Assembly (NCBI GenBank): GCA_041302485.1
Contig: JBFYRA010000030.1
Location: 1 to 45,263, forward strand
Direction: 5' to 3'
From: Candidatus Bipolaricaulota bacterium
GTDB lineage: Bacteria > Bipolaricaulota > Bipolaricaulia > UBA7950 > UBA9294
DNA: 45,263 bases
The notes under the pieces: generated by a model
The model's database searches: none
Told to the model about the DNA's origin: nothing
Seen by the model: only the letters and a program-made list of their open reading frames with translations
Shown: piece by piece, positions 34,684 through 43,100 of the stretch
Layout: every line of letters begins with the position of its first letter
Numbering within the stretch: position 1 is the stretch's first letter
Translations under genes and position numbers: made by a program

Positions 34684-35727
34684 GTGCACACGGCTGCGGA
34701 GCAGAGGCGCTACCGGTTCGGTGTCCGTGACATCGTTCTCATCGCGCTCTTCTCCGCGGCCGGTGGCGTCCTCTCGACCTACATCGGGTACCTCGGAAAC
34801 CTCGTCAACCGTCTGTTTGGAGTGCCGTTCGGTGCCGGACAACTCATCTCCGGCCTGCACATCGTTTGGCCCCTCTTGGCGCGCGCCCTCGTCGGGCGGT
34901 TCGGCTCGGGGACGCTGACGGGACTCACCAAGGGTGTCGTCGAGCTGTTCAGCGGGGGAACGCACGGCGTCGTCATCGTCCTTGTCTCGGGGATCGAAGG
35001 CCTGTTCGTCGACTTCTGTCTCGGCCTCTCGCGCCGACGCTCTCTCGCGCTCACGATGACGGCCGGAGCATTGGCCAGCGCCTCCAACGTCGTCGTGTTC
35101 CAGGCGATCTACTTCTCCGGCGTGCCAGCCGGCTTCTTCGCGGTGATGATCGGGCTTGCGCTCGTCTCCGGCGCTGCGTTTGGCGGCTACCTCGCGTGGG
35201 ACATCGAACGGCTCCTCGTCTCCGCTCACGTCGTGCGGCCGCCCGAAGCCGCGTCCGCGCCGCGGCCGACCTCTCCCTGGCGTCGGGTCGCCATCCTGGC
35301 GATCGTGTTCGCGTTCCTTGCGGGCGCCGTCTACTACGCGATCGGGATCCTCCGTCCGTTTGCCACGCCCGGGACGGCGTCCGTCGGTGGCTCCGTCGAT
35401 GCGCCCTACACGTTCGTCTACTCCGACTTGGCGACCGAGGAACGCACCGTGCATGCCGAGTTGCGCGGCAGCGCAACCTACGTTCCCCCCGCCGACTACA
35501 CCGGGATTCCCCTCAGCATCATCCTCGCGCGCGCCGCGCCGGCCCCGGCGGCGACGAGAGCGCGCATCATCGCGAGCGACGGCTACGAAGCCTCGCTCGC
35601 TCTGGCGGATATCGCCGGCAGAGCAGACATCGTCCTCGAGCGGGTTGGCGACTCCTTGCGCCTGGTCGCCCCGGGCTACGATGGCGCCTTCTGGGTTGCG
35701 CAGGTGGTGCGATTTGTCGTCGAATAG
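34684..35727 (+). CDS. ECF-transporter S-component-like membrane domain fused to a C-terminal extracytoplasmic Oxidored_molyb-like module (347 aa)
   Basis: The N-terminal ~190 aa has about 6 TM helices (VRDIVLIALFSAAGGVLSTYIG...). An extra TM helix (WRRVAILAIVFAFLAGAVYYAIGIL) follows. The C-terminal module is ADYTGIPLSIILARA...IIASDGYEASL...GAFWVAQVVRFVVE. Confidence 0.65.
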   Translation: MHTAAEQRRYRFGVRDIVLIALFSAAGGVLSTYIGYLGNLVNRLFGVPFGAGQLISGLHIVWPLLARALVGRFGSGTLTGLTKGVVELFSGGTHGVVIVLVSGIEGLFVDFCLGLSRRRSLALTMTAGALASASNVVVFQAIYFSGVPAGFFAVMIGLALVSGAAFGGYLAWDIERLLVSAHVVRPPEAASAPRPTSPWRRVAILAIVFAFLAGAVYYAIGILRPFATPGTASVGGSVDAPYTFVYSDLATEERTVHAELRGSATYVPPADYTGIPLSIILARAAPAPAATRARIIASDGYEASLALADIAGRADIVLERVGDSLRLVAPGYDGAFWVAQVVRFVVE

Positions 35728-37153
35728 CCGATTGGATGTCGAGTTCCGCGACCTCACGGTCCGCTATGCGGATCGCGAGATCGATGCGCTCTCGGCGGTG
35801 AGCGAGCGCATTGCCGACGGCGATGTCGTGGCGGTCGCCGGACCTTCCGGGTGTGGGAAGACGACGCTGTGCCGCACGCTGGCCGGGTTCGTCCCGACGA
35901 TGATTCCCGCACGGGTCTCCGGAGATGTTTTCGTGGGCGGCGAACGGACGCTCGGCGTGCCTCCAGAGTCCCTGGCGACACGGATCGGACTCGTCCAGCA
36001 GGACCCCGATGCTCAGGTCTGCACGCTCCGCGTCGGGCAGGAGGTGGCCTTCGGCCCCGAGAACCTCTGTCTTCCCGTTGAGGAGGTTCGTGCCCGCGTT
36101 GAGCGATCGCTCGATGCCGTCGGAATCGCGGCGCTCCGCGATCGGACGACCGCGACGCTGTCCGGCGGCGAGAAGCAGCGCCTCGCCATTGCATCGATCC
36201 TGGCGATGGAGCCTCGTCTTCTGCTCCTCGACGAGCCGACAGCGAACCTCGATCCACGCGGGGTCCGCAGTCTGTTCGCACTCTTGTCAGAACAGAACAG
36301 GGAGCGACAGAGGACGCTCGTGATCGTCGAGCACCGCATCGACGCGCTGCGCGTTCTTGCGCCGCGCCTGATCCTTCTCGACCGCGGCCGATTGGTGGAT
36401 CGGTACCCGGCGCGCGAGCGCCTCGACTACGCTCGTCTCGGACTTCGCGGCGATTGGGCGGTGGAGCCGTCGGGAGCGGCAGGGAGCGCGGATCTCGTCA
36501 GCGTGAGAGACGTCTCGTTCGGCTACGCGGGGCCGCTCTTGCGCGACCTCTCGCTCTCCCTTCGTGCCGGACAGGTGCTGGCGATCATCGGGCCGAACGG
36601 CGGAGGGAAGACGACATTTCTCCGGCTCGTGGCCGGGCTGGAGGTGCCGCAGTCGGGCAGGATCGACCGCGCGCGCGGGACCGAGATCGGCTTCGTCTTC
36701 CAGCATCCGCACCATCAGATCTTCGAGCGTACCGTGCGCCGGGAGATGGAACTCGAGCACCCCGGGCCGCCAAGCTCCATCGGCGAAGAGTTGCGCGCGG
36801 CTCGGCTCGGCGAGCTGGAGAGCGCAGCGCCGCTGTCGCTGAGTCTCGGCGAGCAGCGCCGCCTCACGGTCGCCACGACGCTCGCCCGTCGGCCGAACGT
36901 GCTCTTGCTCGACGAGCCGTTTATCGGGCAAGACCGGCGCAATGTCCTATGGATGATCGAACGAATCCGCGACGTTGCGGGCGGCGGAGGCGCCGTGGCG
37001 CTCGTCACGCACGACATACCGCTTGCGCGAGCTCTGGCCGACAGGGTCCTGTACCTCGAGGGGGACACGGCGTGGATAGGTCCTCCCGACGAGGTTTTCG
37101 CGCGGCTGCGTGAGCGCGGGGACATCGATTTCACGCCGGAGGCGTGGACATGA
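35714..37153 (+). CDS. Duplicated ABC ATPase of ECF transporters (EcfA-EcfA' fusion, CbiO-like)
   Basis: There are two complete ABC cassettes: GPSGCGKTT / LSGGEKQR / LLLDEPT, and GPNGGGKTT / LSLGEQRR / LLLDEPF. The start is uncertain. TTG at 35714 lies 6 nt after AGGTGG. Alternatives are TTG at 35732 and 35696. Confidence 0.85.
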   Translation: MSSNSRLDVEFRDLTVRYADREIDALSAVSERIADGDVVAVAGPSGCGKTTLCRTLAGFVPTMIPARVSGDVFVGGERTLGVPPESLATRIGLVQQDPDAQVCTLRVGQEVAFGPENLCLPVEEVRARVERSLDAVGIAALRDRTTATLSGGEKQRLAIASILAMEPRLLLLDEPTANLDPRGVRSLFALLSEQNRERQRTLVIVEHRIDALRVLAPRLILLDRGRLVDRYPARERLDYARLGLRGDWAVEPSGAAGSADLVSVRDVSFGYAGPLLRDLSLSLRAGQVLAIIGPNGGGKTTFLRLVAGLEVPQSGRIDRARGTEIGFVFQHPHHQIFERTVRREMELEHPGPPSSIGEELRAARLGELESAAPLSLSLGEQRRLTVATTLARRPNVLLLDEPFIGQDRRNVLWMIERIRDVAGGGGAVALVTHDIPLARALADRVLYLEGDTAWIGPPDEVFARLRERGDIDFTPEAWT

Positions 37154-37902
37154 CCGGGCGGGGGCTCCATCGGGCGGCGCCGCTGGCGAACGCGTTTCTT
37201 CTCCTCTGCATGGTCGGGGCGGTGCTTGCAGTCCCCTGTGTCTGGGTGGGCGCGGCGGCACTGGTTGCGATCGTCTCTCTGGCTGTCGCGTCAGGTGAGC
37301 GGCCAGCGCGCCTCTTGCCCTGGCGCAGGTTCGTCCTCTTGTTCGTCGTGCTGTTGTTCGTTGCTCAGGCACTCTCCGTACGCACCGGCGTGACCGTCCT
37401 CGCGTCCCCCATCCGGCTGACGGATGAAGGACTCTTCTCCGGCGCCCGGATGGCCCTTCGCTTTCTCGTCATCATCAGCGCGAGCGCGCTCTTCGTGCGC
37501 ACGACCGATCCCGACCGGCTCGCGGGCTCGTTCATCCGCCTGCGGGTTCCCTACCGCTATGCATACCTCATCATCCTCTCGCTGCGGTTTGTCCCGTTCT
37601 TTCAGGACGAGTTGCGCGCGGTGCGGGACGCGCAGAAGGTTCGCGGGATCACCTTTTCGGTTCGCAGTCCCCGGCGGGTTCTGCGTGCCGTGAGGTACAC
37701 GTTCGTGCCCGTGCTCGTCTCGGGGCTCTACCGCGTTGACGCCATCGCCATCTCGATGCGGGGACGATGTTTCGGTTTATCGGAGACGCGGACGACGAGC
37801 CGCCAAGAGCTGCGAAGCGGTTGGAGTCCGGCCGCCCTGGCGATCGGGCTTCTGCTCGTCGGACTAGCCGTCGTGGCCTCCGTCGGAAGGTGGAGAGGAT
37901 GA
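37150..37902 (+). CDS. ECF transporter T component (EcfT/CbiQ family), 250 aa
   Basis: GGAGG lies 7 nt upstream, with an ATGA overlap on the ATPase stop. It is polytopic, with the CbiQ-type block AR-x-LRF...DPD and RAVRDAQKVRG coupling-helix motifs. Confidence 0.85.
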   Translation: MTGRGLHRAAPLANAFLLLCMVGAVLAVPCVWVGAAALVAIVSLAVASGERPARLLPWRRFVLLFVVLLFVAQALSVRTGVTVLASPIRLTDEGLFSGARMALRFLVIISASALFVRTTDPDRLAGSFIRLRVPYRYAYLIILSLRFVPFFQDELRAVRDAQKVRGITFSVRSPRRVLRAVRYTFVPVLVSGLYRVDAIAISMRGRCFGLSETRTTSRQELRSGWSPAALAIGLLLVGLAVVASVGRWRG

Positions 37903-38489
37903 AGAACCTGCGACGCGGAATGGTCCTCGGCCTCGTCTTGCTGACCCTCGCCGTGGTGACGCCGCTTGCGGTCCGCTGGGCGACCGCGCCGGCAGGTCCG
38001 TCGTTGTGGATCGAGCTTCCGAACGGAGTGGAGAAGAGGGTCGGCCTCGCGGACCTGAGGCGGCTCGCGCAGATCTCGCGCCGCGGCGAGGTCCAGAACC
38101 AGTTCGGCAACTGGCGCGACGGAGGAACGTACACGGGCGCCCTGCTGGCGGATGTACTGAGGGGAATTTCCTACGCGTCGATCGACGTCGTGGCCGCGGA
38201 CGGCTACCGCATGGCGGTCGATCGTGCGCGCGTCGAAAGCGAGGAGTACCCGATGGTGGTTGCGTACGCTCTCGATGGACTTCTCGTCCCGACGTGGGTC
38301 GATGGCTTTCGGATCGTCGTCCTGCCCGACCACGGTCGGGTCAGCAACGAGGACTACGGCGTCCTATCGGCAGGCAGCTTCTGGGTGAAGAACGTCGTGC
38401 GCATCGTGCCTCTCCCCGCGGCTACCACAGGGTCCGAAGACGAGCCGTCAGGAGCCAGTTCGGACTCGTCGGCCGGAACTCCACCGTGA
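37899..38489 (+). CDS. Secreted/anchored single Oxidored_molyb-like module protein (196 aa)
   Basis: ATGA overlap with the ecfT stop. The signal/anchor is MKNLRRGMVLGLVLLTLAVVTPLAV. The module is GTYTGALLADVLRG...VVAADGYRMAV...GSFWVKNVVRIVPL, followed by a low-complexity S/D/E/P tail. Confidence 0.65.
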   Translation: MKNLRRGMVLGLVLLTLAVVTPLAVRWATAPAGPSLWIELPNGVEKRVGLADLRRLAQISRRGEVQNQFGNWRDGGTYTGALLADVLRGISYASIDVVAADGYRMAVDRARVESEEYPMVVAYALDGLLVPTWVDGFRIVVLPDHGRVSNEDYGVLSAGSFWVKNVVRIVPLPAATTGSEDEPSGASSDSSAGTPP

Positions 38490-40074
38490 GCGCAGCGAAG
38501 ACGTGCCGACTGAACTGGAGTTCGGCGAGGCCCTCCACGAGGCCGACGCCGAACAGGCCGCCCGACGGAGCGGGAGATCGCTCGAAGTAGACGGCCCCCT
38601 TGATTCGGCCGGGCGATCCGCAGCATGCAGCGAGGGCGGTCTCGATGCTGAACGACTCGAAGAACGCCGCCTTTCCGGTGATCGCCGCGTTCTTGTCGTC
38701 GCCGAACGAGTCGGCGACGCGGAAGATGACGTCGCCCACGGGGACCTCGACCTTGGCGCCGTAGATGCGGATCCCGCTCATCCCGGGACCCGGCGCCGTG
38801 AGGAGAATCTCGCCAAGAAAGACGATCTCCGGGCAGATGATCCAGTCCGGGGCGTACCGAAGCGTGGGAGTCAAGGCCTTCTCTTCGAGCGTGAAGACGA
38901 GCGTGACGTCGAGCGTCGCTCCCGGGCCGAGAACCTTCTCAAGGAGTGGAATGTCGCGCGCGACGAGCTCGAGCGACGTGAACCCGTTCGTGCCGCTGAA
39001 CGTGATGCATGCGCTGAGCGGCGTTTGGCAGACGTCCCACTGCCAGTCGACGCACACGGTCGTGTCCCAGAACTCCGGCGGGCAGACGCCAACGCGGACG
39101 ACGGCCTCGAGGTTGAACGCTTCCAGCGCGCCGGAGACCCTGACGAGGTTGTACGACGATGAGGGAACGGCCGCGATGTAGAGCGTGTCGGAGAGTCCGA
39201 CTTCGAACGCGTCGAGTGCAATCGAGGTCTGCCACGAGGTGAACGAGAGCGTCGACGGGTTGAATGCCAGCGTGGACTGGGTCGACAGCCCGCCGATCGG
39301 CCCGGACGCCGCGAACGTGAGCAAGTCGAAGATCGTGTTCGTCAACTTGGCGTCCAGTCGCGCCGAGAAGCTGTCGATCCGGACCGAGGTATTGAACAGC
39401 AACGACGTCACATCGATGTCGAGCGGGAGCGCGCCAACGTGGATCGTCGTCTCAGCGAATCCGGTGAGGCTCGTCGACGCGAGGAGGATCTCGGTCGCAC
39501 GGCTGTCGTCCGTGGGGTCGCCGTTCCCGTCGGCGTCCGGCTCGACTCCGACAGTCGAGAAATCCGTCACCACAGCGCCGTCGGGGTCTGTAGCAAAGGC
39601 AAGCGCGCGGGTCTCGAACCACGCGCCGCCGCCGTTGAGCGCCAGGCGAAGCTTGAGCGTGATGGTGCCACGCTCTCCGGGAGCGAGAGTGTCCGTGCCG
39701 GCCAGGAGGTGGGGTTGCGCTGCGCCGTCGTAGTCGGGATTCACGGCGAGATCGGCGCTGTAGACCTCGACGACGCTCACCTGGACCGGGGGAGGGAAGG
39801 CGGGCACTAGATGATGCCGAACGTTCACGGCTTCGAGCACTGTCTCGCCGCAGTTCGCGACGATGAGCGACAGTGCCACGTCGTACTCCCGCGGGGCGGC
39901 TTCGGCCAGCGACGTGACGCGGAGCGCCGCGCCGATACACGACGTCGTCGCTGCGGCGATCGGCGCGGGGACGTCTTGCGCCGTGCCGGCGACCGAGATC
40001 GCGGCGAGCAGCGCCGCCAGCGCGATGGGCCCGATGGCTGCCCTGTGTTGTTCTCGTGCTCTGTCTGTGCGCAT
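38422..40074 (-). CDS. Secreted beta-rich protein with N-terminal DUF11-like domain; possible outer-membrane/surface protein (550 aa)
   Basis: The signal peptide is ...IGPIALAALLAAISVAGTAQD. A DUF11-like Ig fold (LSLIVANCGETVLEAV...LAPGERGTITLKL) and a DADGNGDPTDD calcium-site-like loop are present. The C-terminal ~350 aa has alternating-pattern strands and ends ...TARLRTLW*. Confidence 0.7.
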   Translation of the reverse strand: MRTDRAREQHRAAIGPIALAALLAAISVAGTAQDVPAPIAAATTSCIGAALRVTSLAEAAPREYDVALSLIVANCGETVLEAVNVRHHLVPAFPPPVQVSVVEVYSADLAVNPDYDGAAQPHLLAGTDTLAPGERGTITLKLRLALNGGGAWFETRALAFATDPDGAVVTDFSTVGVEPDADGNGDPTDDSRATEILLASTSLTGFAETTIHVGALPLDIDVTSLLFNTSVRIDSFSARLDAKLTNTIFDLLTFAASGPIGGLSTQSTLAFNPSTLSFTSWQTSIALDAFEVGLSDTLYIAAVPSSSYNLVRVSGALEAFNLEAVVRVGVCPPEFWDTTVCVDWQWDVCQTPLSACITFSGTNGFTSLELVARDIPLLEKVLGPGATLDVTLVFTLEEKALTPTLRYAPDWIICPEIVFLGEILLTAPGPGMSGIRIYGAKVEVPVGDVIFRVADSFGDDKNAAITGKAAFFESFSIETALAACCGSPGRIKGAVYFERSPAPSGGLFGVGLVEGLAELQFSRHVFAALTVEFRPTSPNWLLTARLRTLW

Positions 40075-40185
40075 CCGCAGACAGTGTCAGGTCTGCATGG
40101 CGGGCACAGGAGGTCCGCCTGCCGCGCGGAGCAAGACATCGGTGCGTGATGCGCATGACGTCGGCGCCGCAGCAGGGATCCCGCG

Positions 40186-43100
40186 CTACGGCCGACGGAG
40201 CGTCCCGATGGGCTCGCTCTGCGGCGGTCCCGGACGGATCGCGAAGACCGGCGCGGCGTCGAAGCACGGTAGACCGACGTGATCGCGCCAGTAGCCAAGC
40301 GGCGTCCACAGTTGGACGCGGTCTGCCAAGAGGTCACTCCGGACGAGATCTGCCGCGCCCGCAGCAGCGTCGGCTGCGAGACTCGGGTCGGCTGCAGCGA
40401 CCTCAGCGAGTGTTTCGAGTGCCAGCGCGATCTCGGCGGGGGAGAGGCGCCAACCGATGCGAGCCGCGGCGGTGAACGCCAGGCGGCCGTCGCGGTCTCG
40501 CGCCGTGGCGGCCCAGGCCTTCCAGGCGGCGAGTCCCTCCTGCTGCAGCGCGCGGTCTCCGAGACTGCGCGCTGCGATGAGTAGGATGTTGATCCGCGCC
40601 AGCTCCTCCTGCGGCAGGGACGCTGCCGCGGCGCGCGCCGGGCCGACGACGGCCGAGATGAGTCCACGTGCCAGAGACGACTCGCGAGGGATGTTGTCGG
40701 CGGCGTCGGATAGCGCTCCGACCGCCACGACCACGTCGGTCCAGCGCGCCGTGCCGCTCCCTGCATCGAGTGCGGACGCAGTGGCTCCGTCGACCTGGAT
40801 GTGCCGGGCGAGATCGGAGAGGACGTAGATCGCGAGGTTCGTCGCGACCCGGACCGCGTCAGCGCTTACCCCACGACTTCCGACGACGCGGGCGAGGCCG
40901 GCGAGAAGCGACGCTTGATCGTAGATGAGGCTGCGTGCGTCGGTGATCGCAACCTCTGCCGCGCCGTCGACCGTCCGAACCTCCACGCCGTGCACGAAGT
41001 GCGTGGCCGCCCCGGAAGAGCCGGCGACGTCATTGAGCCAGGCAAGCTGGCCGCCGAGCGCGATCTCGACGAACCCCGCCAGATACCCGTCCAAGCCATC
41101 TCTCGCGCCGCCCGACGCGTCTAAGAACTGCGCCTCCCGCGCGAGGGTCCATCCGACAGATGCTGGGGTGATCTCGGCGTCTCTGGCAACGAATCCCGTG
41201 CCGCGTTCGAGGACTGGGACGCCGCGCGCCGCGGGCAGGAAGATCGGAAGCGCGAGCCCCGGTGTGCCTGGCAGCCCCGCTTCGCTCGCCAGCAGCGCGA
41301 GGGTGTCCGCCGCCTGCTCGGGCGTCGTCCAGACCGGCGCCAGAGAGAAGGGGATTCCGAGTCCGGACTCGCCGAGCAAGACGCCGAGGTTGGACCGTGA
41401 CGCCGCACGGGCCTCGGCGGCGACCGCGCCGAGCAAGCCTCGGTCGGCGAGGTCCTCCAGCGCTGCAGCCAGTCGCATCGCCTCGTCCGTCCGGTACGCG
41501 AGAGGGGCGTTCTCGAGACCGCCGAGGCGAGCGCCGTCGGCGCTGCCGAGCGTGACGCTGGCGCACGCTTCGCGCTGGGGCCCCGCGACGCCGGCTGCAT
41601 CCGTATAGGCCAGCGTGGCGCAGTTCGTGAGTGTCTCGCCGAGCTCGGCCGACGGATCAACGCGCACGTCGATCTGCCACGTCAGCTTGGATCCTGGATC
41701 GAGCCGCGCCGACGTCCAGCGCAGCGATCGCCCGTCGCTCGTCGCCCCAGGGCTCGCGGCGACGAGCGTAACGCCCTCCGGCAAGAGGTCATCGAGAACC
41801 AGTGCGAAGAAGGTCTCTGGCGATGGGTTCTCGCCCTCGATCGTGTACCGAATCAGGTCACCCGGCCGCGTCCATGCAAGTCCGCCGAGCGGCGACCTTG
41901 GCTCGATACAGACGCGGCGGTCGAACACGGGGGCGTAGGCTTGCTCCTGACCTTCCTCGTCCAATGAGCGGGCTGGAATCTGCAGATCGGCTGCATCGAG
42001 GACGCGATCAACGTGGCGCTCGAGACGCGACGCGATGGCCTCTGCATCGATCGGGTCCACGTACGCGCACGCCTGCGGGAGGACCGCGACGGCGAGCGCG
42101 AGGTCGAGCGGCGTCATGCACCAAGAGAGATGGTCGAGTCGGCCCACGTAGATCTCCGCGTCGGAGTCCCAGAACCTCGCATCGAACGCGAGGAGCGCCG
42201 ATCGGATTCCCGGTGCGCCGCCGCCAGCACGTCGGTCGGCGACGAGCAGTCCGCTCAGGGCGCCGAGTTGCCCGCTCAGAGTTGGTGTCTCGCAGAACGC
42301 CGCCATGTCGTGGTCGACGCTCCACGTCTCGCGGAACCCGCCGCTTCCGTCCCACAGTGACGAGTTCACGAAGGCGGCTTGTTCCACGAGCAGGATGCGC
42401 GAGCGCTCGGCGAGATCGTCGAACGTCTCGCCGGTCCGTTCAAGCGCCATCATGATGAGACCGAGATGTCGCGCGGAGACGCTGTCGCCGGGGGTCCAGC
42501 CGGAGGTGTCGGGGGCGGCGAGATCGGCGAGCACCTGCTCCAGTGGGCGACGGTGTGCGGACTCGAGCGTCCCCAGGGCGACGTCGGCGAGCGATGCGCA
42601 ACGAGCCTCAACATCCGCTGGAATCGCCGCGACGGCGGCGAGCGAACCGGCCGCGGCTGGGTCGCGGGCCAGACGCACGAGCTCGGTCAGTCCGAACAGG
42701 AGCGATGCCTGATCGAAGAGACCGCTCGTCCGATCGATGACGTCCATGCGGACGTCCCCGGCCTCTGGGATTGCCGAGTAGGCGTGGGCGACATAGCGAG
42801 TCTCGCCCGGTCCCGCGAGAACGAGGCCCTCGAGGGTCGAGAGCTTGCTGATCGCCGACGCGGCAAGGACGCGCGCCGTCAGTCTGTCTTCCGGCGTGAG
42901 ATCTGCGTCGCCCCGTGCGGCCAGCTCGCGCACCTCCTGCGCCTCGCGCAGGAGCGTCATTCCGATGGCGGAAGGGACGATGCGCGTGTCGAACGTGAGG
43001 GGATTCCACGTGAGGCCCGCATCGGGCCCGGTGCCGAGGTGCGGGTCGCCGGCGAAGAACGGGACGACGATCGGCTCGAGCGACGCAGTCGACCCGACAT

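Noticed and set aside
38422-38489. 68-nt overlap of the convergent 3' ends of 37899..38489 (+) and 38422..40074 (-), and the 20-nt overlap at 10886..10905, as regulatory antisense features.
   Set aside because: The + strand gene's last ~25 codons are a low-complexity tail that may simply run to the first stop. Convergent overlaps of this size are common in compact high-G+C genomes, and nothing else supports a special function.
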